A stretch of 64,000 bases of DNA from a virus: positions 28,901 to 92,900 of the IMG/VR virus record IMGVR_UViG_3300042472_000301; one strand, given 5' to 3'. The notes under the pieces are model-generated. The model saw nothing but the letters and a program-made list of their open reading frames with translations. It did not search any database and had not been told where the DNA came from. Within the stretch, counting starts at the first letter, position 1, and each line of letters starts with the position of its first letter. This document shows positions 37,957 through 46,214 of the stretch, piece by piece. The position numbers and the translations under genes are program-made.

Positions 37957-37995
37957 TTAGATCTCCGTGTTTGTCGTGTTTTGTACTGAGCCTCT

Positions 37996-38025
37996 ACAAT
38001 AATCCTGTCCTGTTTACATTGTCAA
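37996..38025 (-). promoter_or_regulatory. sigma70-type early promoter with operator over the -35
   Basis: TTGACA-18-TATTGT; TTGACAATGTAAA at 38013-38025. Confidence 0.65.
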
Positions 38026-38104
38026 CCGATTATTTTATTATCGGAAACCCTAATGCAAAAATACAACGGTGGTATAAAATCGCGAGAATCACGGGAGGTT
38101 TGCT

Positions 38105-38578
38105 ATGGGAAGGCCTAAGGGTTCAGGGAGTCTGTACACGCAAGAGCTCGCGGCTCACATCTGCGAGCGCCTGTCGATGGGTGAGACGTTGGTGAGCATT
38201 TTGCAGTCGCCGGGGATGCCAAAGCGCTCTACCGTGCAGCACTGGGTGACCGACCTGCCCGAGTTCGGAGAAATGTACGCGCGCGCGAGAGACGCAGGCT
38301 TCGACGTTTTGGCCGAAGACACCATCAGAATCATCGACGAGGAACCCGAGCGGATCACCGGCGAAGGGGGCGGTCGGCGTGACAGCGCCTACGTCCAGTG
38401 GCAAAAGAACCGCGTCGAGCTCAGGCTGCGCCTGCTCAAGAGCTGGTGCCCCAAGCGCTACGGCGATCGCCAAGTGCTGGTCGGCGAGGCCGAGAACCCG
38501 CTCACGTTGGCATTTACCCCCGAGACGCTCATCTCGCTGGCCGACGGCCTGCAGACCGAGCGCCAAGATGGCAAGTAG
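38105..38578 (+). CDS. terS: terminase small subunit (Sf6-like)
   Basis: GRP...YT.E.A..ICE.L..GE.L..I.....MP..STV..W...F...YARAR; GGAGG RBS; directly upstream of TerL. Confidence 0.8.
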   Translation: MGRPKGSGSLYTQELAAHICERLSMGETLVSILQSPGMPKRSTVQHWVTDLPEFGEMYARARDAGFDVLAEDTIRIIDEEPERITGEGGGRRDSAYVQWQKNRVELRLRLLKSWCPKRYGDRQVLVGEAENPLTLAFTPETLISLADGLQTERQDGK

Positions 38579-39992
38579 TCTGGCCAAGAGGCTGCTCGAT
38601 CCCGCGTTCCAGCGCGAGTACGCAGCTTACCCACCCGAACACCGCGCGGCCTTTGAGGCCCGCGTCGCGTGGCTTAAGAAGGCCCACGCGCACCAGATCC
38701 TGCCGGCCGGCGACTGGTGGTCGATCTGGCTGCTGCTGGCTGGGCGCGGCGCTGGCAAGACGCGCACCGCGGCCGAGCAGGTCTGGTGGTGGGCGTGGAC
38801 CCAACCCAACACGCGCTGGCTGGTATCCGCCCCCACGTCGGGTGACGTGCGTGCGACCTGCTTTGAGGGCGATAGCGGCATTTTAAACGTGATGCCCAAG
38901 GTCTTACTGGCCGACTACAACAAGAGCCTCTCTGAGATCGTTTTAACCAACGGCAGCCTGATCAAGGGTATACCCGCATCCGAGCCCGAGCGGTTCCGCG
39001 GCCCGCAGTTTCACGGCGCGTGGCTCGACGAGCTGGCCGCATGGGAGTACTTAGACGACGCGTGGGATCAGATCCAGTTCGGCGTGCGGCTGGGCAAGCG
39101 CACGACCATCATCGCGTCCACCACGCCGCGCCCCAAGGACCTGATCAGCGCGTTGGCCGACCGTGACGGCGAGGACGTGTACCTGACCACGGCCAGCACC
39201 TACGCCAACCTTGACAACCTCGCCCCCAGCTTTCGCGACCAGATCCTGCAGTACGAGGGCACACGATTAGGCGACCAAGAGATTCACGCCTCGATCCTCT
39301 CGAGCGAGGACACCGGTATCGTCAAGCGCGCGTGGTTCAAGCTCTGGGGTGCTGAGAAGCCCCTGCCCCAGTTTGAGTACGTGGTGCAGTCATATGACTG
39401 CGCGACCAGCACCCGCACGGCGGCCGACCCCACGGCGTGTGTCGTGCTTGGCGTGTTTAAGCCGAGCGAGGACAAGGGCATGAGCGTCATGTTGATCGAC
39501 TGCTGGAGCGAGCGCATCCAGTACCCCGAGCTGCGCCCCAAGGTGATCTCGGAGAGCGAGGAGATTTATGGCGACGAGAACGAGTTCGGCAACGGCAAGA
39601 AGGTCGACCTGATCCTGATCGAGGACAAGTCGGCCGGTATCGTGCTGCTGCAGGACTTACAGCGTGCCGGGCTGCCTGTGCGCTCTTACAATCCGGGCAA
39701 CGCCGACAAGACCATGCGGCTAAACATCGTGAGCCCGCTGATTGCACGCGGCCGGGTCTACCTGCCCGAGTCGACGGTCAACCCCGGCTGCGCGCGTGAT
39801 TGGTGCGACGCGTTCCTCAGTCAGGTCTGCAGCTTCCCCGACAGCAAGCACGACGACTACGTCGACGCGCTCAGTCAGGCGCTCAGGGTGCTGCGCGACA
39901 TGGGCTTCGTAAACATTGACCCGGTCGCCGACCCTGACCTATACTACGCCGACGACGACCGCCCCAAGCGCGACAACCCCTATGCAGCATAG
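38568..39992 (+). CDS. terL: terminase large subunit
   Basis: AGRGAGKT Walker A, WLDE Walker B, nuclease SYDCA, IEDK, HDDYVDA; likely start MASSLAK. Confidence 0.92.
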   Translation: MASSLAKRLLDPAFQREYAAYPPEHRAAFEARVAWLKKAHAHQILPAGDWWSIWLLLAGRGAGKTRTAAEQVWWWAWTQPNTRWLVSAPTSGDVRATCFEGDSGILNVMPKVLLADYNKSLSEIVLTNGSLIKGIPASEPERFRGPQFHGAWLDELAAWEYLDDAWDQIQFGVRLGKRTTIIASTTPRPKDLISALADRDGEDVYLTTASTYANLDNLAPSFRDQILQYEGTRLGDQEIHASILSSEDTGIVKRAWFKLWGAEKPLPQFEYVVQSYDCATSTRTAADPTACVVLGVFKPSEDKGMSVMLIDCWSERIQYPELRPKVISESEEIYGDENEFGNGKKVDLILIEDKSAGIVLLQDLQRAGLPVRSYNPGNADKTMRLNIVSPLIARGRVYLPESTVNPGCARDWCDAFLSQVCSFPDSKHDDYVDALSQALRVLRDMGFVNIDPVADPDLYYADDDRPKRDNPYAA

Positions 39993-39999
39993 GTAAACC

Positions 40000-42900
40000 A
40001 TGAGCCGTATTAAACGAGCAGTCAAGGGTTTTATCGATCCCATTACCACGAAGGTGGAAGACTGGAAGTGGCGGGCGCTTGCTGACGTCGACAAGGAGCT
40101 CAAGCTCAAGGAAGTACCCGACTACATTCAAGGCGGCTACGGCGGCTTCATGGCCGACCAGCTCAAGCGCGCAGAGGCCGGCGACCTTAACGCCCGCGAC
40201 CTCATCAAGGCGTACACCATTACTCAGTCATCGATCGGGCGCGGTGGCCTGTCGCACGCGACGGCAACCAAGCGCGGCTTGAAGCTGCCCGACACCGGGG
40301 GTGAAGTGCGCCCCGAGGGTGCCTTTGCCGAGTGGCTGGGCTCGCCCTTAGGGCAGCGCTACCTCGACATGGCCGAGCGCGGCGAGCTCGATTCCAAGGC
40401 GCTCAAAGAAATCCAAGCGGCGTTCGCGCCCTTTGGCAAGCAGAACGATCAGGTGGCCAAGATGGAGTGGGCGGCGCAGAACCTGCCCGGCATGGCCACC
40501 GACCTCAATACCCGCGTGACCGGTTCGCTCGGCGACTGGCGCAACTACACCGACGAATTGCGCGGCATCGCGGCCGCCAAGTCTGGCTTCGTTGGCTCGC
40601 TGCTCGGCCGCGGCGACGTGCCCACGCTGGACGCGCGTCAGCTCAACCTGCACGGCACCACGCCCCCAGTCGGGCTGGGCTCGATTCAGAACCGCGGGGG
40701 CGGTACAGGCGGGCGCGAGCTCGTCGATCGCCTGAGCGCACGCCAAGAGGCGCTGGGGCTTAAGCTCGACCCAAGCCTTGACCCGTTCTACCAGCACCTT
40801 GGCCACCACGCCGTCTGGGACAAGATCGGCAACACAGAAACCACACATGCGGACTTGGTGCGAGCGATGCGCGACTACAACAAGGGCGGTGCCGTACACA
40901 TGGCTGGCGGCAGCTTAGTCAAGAAGGCTGCCAAGGCCGCCACCAGCCGCATTGACATGAACTACAAGGACGTGACTCAGCGCACGCCTGAGCTGCAAGA
41001 TGCGGCCAACAAGCTCATCGGTGGCGAGCTCTCGGCGGCCGAGTACGACGCGCTGGTCAACCAATACAAACCCGTCACGCCCTACGCCACGGTGCCCACA
41101 CCCGCCACGCGCGAGGAGGCCACCGGCGCACTCACGGCCGATAAGCGCGAGCGCTACGGCCTGCCATCGCAGACGCTGGAGCAAGGCCACCCGGTCGGAC
41201 TGCGCCTTGACATCCCGTCGTACAGCAACCACGGCGTCTGGGTGCCCACCGTGCACGAGCAGGAACCCGGCTTTGGGGCTGGCAAGAGCATCGGGCACGA
41301 GAGCGTGGCAAGCGTGCTTAACCCGCAGTTTGGCATGTCCGAGAAGGCCGCGCTGGCCATCGCGAGCGGTAAGCCCAAGGGCACGATCGCAACGATCAAG
41401 GGCGACTGGAATAAGCTGAGTGAGCAGGAGGCCGTCGAGCGCGCAAAGGAGTACCTGAAGAGCCCCGAGTGGCGTCAGGTGGGCATGGATCCCGAGCGGC
41501 ACTCGTACTTCTACGACCGCGCGACTATGCAGCCCGTCACGAGCGCCGACGAGGCGCTGCAGATCGGTCCGCTCGTGCTGGTGAAGAACCCCGTGTATGG
41601 CAAGAAGGAGGACTTTAAGTACGCCGCGGGCGGGATGGTTGACTCGGTGCCCGAGGAGGCGATCAAGAACATGGTTAAAGACCCACAGGCAGCACGACTG
41701 CTCGACCTTGATCTCGCCAAGTACGCGCTGATGAACCAGCCGCAGAAGATGGCCGCGGGCGGTATCGCGCGCATGGCCGGCGGTGGTGCGCGCAAAGTAG
41801 CTAGGGACGCCTCAAGTTCAATTTTGAACAAAGGGTTTGAAGCACTGGAAGCGCAAGCAGCGCAAGCAGCCGCAGCCAACACGATTAAAGCCGCCGACCG
41901 GGCAGCAGCCGGGCGCGCAGCGGCAGCACAGATTGAAGCCCAGCCTGAAGTACCAATGTCAGAGGCGCTGGGCAATCTGAACACCGAGGGCAAACGGATA
42001 GTTGGCACCCAAGCCGATCGTACCCGCGTTGGGGGCGGCAACATTGGTGGTGCTCCCTTTTCCGCAATATCGCTGGCCGATCCTAACTACCAAGGTAAGG
42101 TCTGGGGCGTGGGTAGCCAAAGCGCTGCAAGTACGCTCACTAATCAAAACGACCCACGCACAATTTGGACAACACTGCTGGGTTCAAAATTCCAGCTTAA
42201 GACCAATCCGATTGTGTTTGCCAAGCTTGAAAAAGAATTTAGACAAGCAATGAAAGACGGGAAACTAAGCCCCGAGCTCGAAGCCAAGATCAATCACAAC
42301 TTAGCGCTTAACTTTGGCGAGGGCGCTGACATCCGCGATCCGAACATTTGGAAGGCAGCCGACAGCTTTGATCGCCGCGCGGCATTGTCCGATATCATGA
42401 TCGGCGAAGGCATCCCTCCTAGCAAGGGCGGCGTAGCGTTGGGCGGCGCGAAGAGCGGCAAGGGGGTTATTTTTGATCCGCTTAGCATCCTCACTCGTGA
42501 GACGGAGCCCAGCCTTCGCGGCGATGTACCCACCTTTTCGCTCGGCCCGCGTCTGTTCACGATGAGTGGCGAGACGTCGTTTCGCCCTGACTTACATCCC
42601 GGCTTTCCAATGCTGCTTCACGGCGAAGACCTTGGGTTTAACGTGCGTCCGGTGCCCAACGAGATTGCGCTGCCTGATTATCGTACCGAGTTTGCACGAC
42701 GTAATCCTACGCGCGATCCCAGCTACTACGATCTGACCAAAGGCTTTAAGGGTGAAGGCCTGCCCAGCCAGATGATCACTGAAGAGTGGTTGAGTCATTT
42801 GCAAAAGCACGGCCATAAGGACGGCGGCGCGGTGCATATGAAGGACGGCGGCAAGGCCGACGAGGACCTCTTCGCGCTCAAGCCCCAGCCCAAGCCGGCC

Positions 42901-45900
42901 ATCCCGACGGTGCGAGAGCTCGTTGCTGAGATCGGCAAGAACCCTGCGCGCTACGAAGCACCATACCCACCCAAGGATGCTACGCCGCTGAGCTTGCAGG
43001 CATATCACCTGATGCAGGCCGCCAAGACGACGCCCGACGCTAATCGCTACCTCGAGTCGTTGAACCCGTACTTTGATTCGCAACTTCGCTTTGACATCGG
43101 AGCGGGCAGCGACGCAGGCTACGTGAAGTTCAAGGAGCCGAACATCGCGGTGATGCAGAAACTCGAGGACGTGAAGAACACGATCCCGCATGAGCTCACG
43201 CACACGCTGCAGCTCGGCAAGGGCGCGAACGTTAACCTTGAGCGCGACCGCCAAGTCATGCAGCGTGCGCAAGGGTTGCCCGCTGCAACGCAACAAAGCG
43301 TGCTGCCTTCAACAAATCGTTTTGAGAACATGAAGGAAGTCTGGGCGAACATCAACGCTCGGGCGCATGAGGTTAACGCAGCGGGCGGTGACTTCATCAA
43401 CACACCCGAGGGCAGGGCGCTCTTCCCCACACCTGAGGCGCAGCGCGAGTACTACACGAAGTCGATGCCGGGCGTGAACAGCATGACTCCTAGCACTGGC
43501 ACATTTGTGCCGAATCGCCGATATGGTGAAGGCGGTGGTGTATTTAACCCACAGGGGTCTGACTACGACTACCAGACGGCTCGCGCTTACGGCATGGGAC
43601 AAGGGGACAACGGTCATTGGGGCTCGGTCGCACCCGCGTCAGAAAGCGAGCGCAAGCTGCACGGCTTGCCCGAGGACAGCTACCTCATGCTCAAGGGCGC
43701 AGAGCACCCAACGTGGAGTAAGGCTGTTGAGGCAGAAGAGTCTCGCGGCTCAAAAATCGTCAAGTACGGCGATCGCTACTACTCTGTGCCCAAGAAGGCC
43801 AACGGCGGTCAAGTGCAGCGTTTTGATGACGGCGGCGAAGTCAGCCAGTCAGAGCTTGATCGCATGCGCTTCGAGATTGCACAACAACAGAACCCTAGCA
43901 GCCCTGTCATGCAGGCGACGCCACGCAGCCCGATACAGGACGCCATCGGCACGTTCGGTGGCTACATGGATCGTGCCGGCAAGTTCGTGAGCGAGGCGAT
44001 TGCGCCGACCGCCGAGAAGCACCCGGTCAAGCATTTCCTCGCGGATCTGATTCTGGCTTCGTCGCTCAAGAGCGCCGGCACCGCGCTGCAGGACTACACG
44101 GGCACCGCACGCGAGGCAGACGAGGACAACCCCGTGCGTGGCCTCATCGACAAGGACTGGCGCAAGCTCAGCACAGGCACCGAGCCGCTGCTCGACCCGC
44201 GGGCGCTGGACATCGCGGGCTTTGCAACACCAGTCGTCAGGGGTGCAACGAAGCTTGCCCGAGTGGGTGCGAAAGCCGTTGCCCCGTTTGCAACGAGGGT
44301 CGACGACATGGTGCGTGAACTCAGCGCGTCAGGCGCGATCCCGCAGCCGGGTCTATCTATCAAGGATGTCACCCCCAAGGTGCTCGCCCCCGCCAACGCG
44401 CAGGGGTTCTACTCGCCGACCGAGGCGGCGGCATTGAACCTGCAGCGCCAGTCTGGCAGCGGGCAGGCGTTGCTAAATGACATATTAAAGGGCGAGAACG
44501 TGCGCGCGGAGGAGGTCAGCGGGATGGGGCTCGATACGTTCTTGAAGGACAAGCCCAACGCTACGGCCGCCGAGGTGCAGGACTACATCGCCAAGAATAA
44601 ACTACAACTGGGCGACAGGACCTACAAAAAAGAAAACGTGACGTGGGGCAAGAATGAAAACGGCGAGATAGTCACTGAGAACTTGCCGAACCCGTACACG
44701 ATTTCAAGCGAGTACGGTAAGACGTACATCACCAATTCCAAAAACAATACGTTAGGCATAACGTTTAAAAACGAGGCAGAAGCTAAGAAGTACATCGAGG
44801 ACTTGGTCGTCGATGACGCCCTGCTGCCCAACGACCTGAAGTGGGCGCAGTGGTCACTACCCGGTGGCGAGAACCACCGCGAAGTCACCCTGAACCTGCC
44901 AAGCGGCAAGCGCGAGGACATGGTCTACAAGGAGCAGAGCCTTGAAGCGCTCAAAAGAGGGGCGCTAGATTACGCGGCAATGGGCGACCTCAGCAGCGCC
45001 AAGCAGCTCTCAACAAGAGCCGAGAAGCTCGAGCGCGAGATCGAGCAGTTAAAGCGTCAACCACAGAACCGCACGCCCGAGTTTCCCAAGCAAGCCGAGA
45101 TTGATGACTTAGACGCGCGCATGGCGCAGCTAAAGGCCGAGGGTAATCGTGAAGAATTTGGCAAGCTACAGAGTGAAAGAACCGAGCTGCGTGCTGAGCG
45201 CAGTGCGTACTTAGCGCGCGAAGAAGCGCGGCTTCAAAAGGAAGCATACGCAAATCAATTCCGCGAATCGCACTGGGAGGACCCCAACGTGCTTGCCCAC
45301 CTGCGCATGAGCGACCGCGTGACCGACGGCAAGAAGACGCTGCTGGTCGACGAGTTGCAGTCCGACTGGCACCAGAAGGGGCGTGAGCGCGGCTACAGGG
45401 GCGATGAGATTGACACCAAGGGCTGGACGGTCGAGAGCCTCTACGTCACCAAGCCGGAGGAGGTCGCCGTATATGACGCCCGGGGTAAGGAAATCTGGGC
45501 GGGTAAGTCAAAAGGTGACGAGGCACAGACCATAGCAAAGGTCGTGGAGGAGTTAAAGAAGAAGCAGGTACCACAGGCACCCTACAAGGACGACTACTAC
45601 CAGCTCGCGTTACGCCGTGCTATTAAAGACGCGATTGACGGCGGCTACGACCGCGTGGCGCTGCCCACGGGTTCGCGTGTGGCCGAGCGGTTTGGCACGG
45701 GTAGTCGCATCGATCGTCTTGACTACAACAAAAACTCCGACGGCACCTACGGCATGTCGGCCATCAAAAACGGCCGCGAAGTCGCCGCAAGGGAGTACCT
45801 TAGCGAGGACGAGTTCTTCGGTCTTATTGGCAAAGATATTGCAAAAAAAGTTGTTGACGAGGAGGGTGGTGTATCTAAAGAGGTTAAGGGTCGTTGGGGA

Positions 45901-46212
45901 CCTGATGACGACTACTTTGAAAATTTCAAATCGCTTACAGGCCTTGACCATGTTATTGGCGGCAAGGGCATGAAGAAGTACTACGACGAGATTTACCCCG
46001 GCTACCTCAAGAAGTTTGGCAAGAAGTACGGCGCAAATGTTGGCAACACAACCGTTGACGCTGACGGCGTGGCCGAGCCTTTGTTCTACATGGACATCAC
46101 TCCTGCGATGCGCAAGGAGTTCAGCACTGGCATTCACATGAAGCGTGGCGGCAAGGTGTCGTTCGCCTCAAATGTTGACGCGATGCGTTACGAATTAAAT
46201 AAAAGGCAATAA
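40000..46212 (+). CDS. giant multi-module (polyvalent) virion-associated protein, 2070 aa
   Basis: Single ORF between TerL and portal; HELTH zincin motif, HhH-like module, ELQSDWHQ module, repeated xxGG linkers. Confidence 0.75.
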   Translation: MSRIKRAVKGFIDPITTKVEDWKWRALADVDKELKLKEVPDYIQGGYGGFMADQLKRAEAGDLNARDLIKAYTITQSSIGRGGLSHATATKRGLKLPDTGGEVRPEGAFAEWLGSPLGQRYLDMAERGELDSKALKEIQAAFAPFGKQNDQVAKMEWAAQNLPGMATDLNTRVTGSLGDWRNYTDELRGIAAAKSGFVGSLLGRGDVPTLDARQLNLHGTTPPVGLGSIQNRGGGTGGRELVDRLSARQEALGLKLDPSLDPFYQHLGHHAVWDKIGNTETTHADLVRAMRDYNKGGAVHMAGGSLVKKAAKAATSRIDMNYKDVTQRTPELQDAANKLIGGELSAAEYDALVNQYKPVTPYATVPTPATREEATGALTADKRERYGLPSQTLEQGHPVGLRLDIPSYSNHGVWVPTVHEQEPGFGAGKSIGHESVASVLNPQFGMSEKAALAIASGKPKGTIATIKGDWNKLSEQEAVERAKEYLKSPEWRQVGMDPERHSYFYDRATMQPVTSADEALQIGPLVLVKNPVYGKKEDFKYAAGGMVDSVPEEAIKNMVKDPQAARLLDLDLAKYALMNQPQKMAAGGIARMAGGGARKVARDASSSILNKGFEALEAQAAQAAAANTIKAADRAAAGRAAAAQIEAQPEVPMSEALGNLNTEGKRIVGTQADRTRVGGGNIGGAPFSAISLADPNYQGKVWGVGSQSAASTLTNQNDPRTIWTTLLGSKFQLKTNPIVFAKLEKEFRQAMKDGKLSPELEAKINHNLALNFGEGADIRDPNIWKAADSFDRRAALSDIMIGEGIPPSKGGVALGGAKSGKGVIFDPLSILTRETEPSLRGDVPTFSLGPRLFTMSGETSFRPDLHPGFPMLLHGEDLGFNVRPVPNEIALPDYRTEFARRNPTRDPSYYDLTKGFKGEGLPSQMITEEWLSHLQKHGHKDGGAVHMKDGGKADEDLFALKPQPKPAIPTVRELVAEIGKNPARYEAPYPPKDATPLSLQAYHLMQAAKTTPDANRYLESLNPYFDSQLRFDIGAGSDAGYVKFKEPNIAVMQKLEDVKNTIPHELTHTLQLGKGANVNLERDRQVMQRAQGLPAATQQSVLPSTNRFENMKEVWANINARAHEVNAAGGDFINTPEGRALFPTPEAQREYYTKSMPGVNSMTPSTGTFVPNRRYGEGGGVFNPQGSDYDYQTARAYGMGQGDNGHWGSVAPASESERKLHGLPEDSYLMLKGAEHPTWSKAVEAEESRGSKIVKYGDRYYSVPKKANGGQVQRFDDGGEVSQSELDRMRFEIAQQQNPSSPVMQATPRSPIQDAIGTFGGYMDRAGKFVSEAIAPTAEKHPVKHFLADLILASSLKSAGTALQDYTGTAREADEDNPVRGLIDKDWRKLSTGTEPLLDPRALDIAGFATPVVRGATKLARVGAKAVAPFATRVDDMVRELSASGAIPQPGLSIKDVTPKVLAPANAQGFYSPTEAAALNLQRQSGSGQALLNDILKGENVRAEEVSGMGLDTFLKDKPNATAAEVQDYIAKNKLQLGDRTYKKENVTWGKNENGEIVTENLPNPYTISSEYGKTYITNSKNNTLGITFKNEAEAKKYIEDLVVDDALLPNDLKWAQWSLPGGENHREVTLNLPSGKREDMVYKEQSLEALKRGALDYAAMGDLSSAKQLSTRAEKLEREIEQLKRQPQNRTPEFPKQAEIDDLDARMAQLKAEGNREEFGKLQSERTELRAERSAYLAREEARLQKEAYANQFRESHWEDPNVLAHLRMSDRVTDGKKTLLVDELQSDWHQKGRERGYRGDEIDTKGWTVESLYVTKPEEVAVYDARGKEIWAGKSKGDEAQTIAKVVEELKKKQVPQAPYKDDYYQLALRRAIKDAIDGGYDRVALPTGSRVAERFGTGSRIDRLDYNKNSDGTYGMSAIKNGREVAAREYLSEDEFFGLIGKDIAKKVVDEEGGVSKEVKGRWGPDDDYFENFKSLTGLDHVIGGKGMKKYYDEIYPGYLKKFGKKYGANVGNTTVDADGVAEPLFYMDITPAMRKEFSTGIHMKRGGKVSFASNVDAMRYELNKRQ

Positions 46213-46214
46213 CT

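Noticed and set aside
38379-38567. N-terminal extension of TerL (and similar long starts at 14355, 36282, 37362, 37912, 54564, 63309)
   Set aside because: They overlap upstream genes or promoters; downstream starts have RBSs or stop-start coupling
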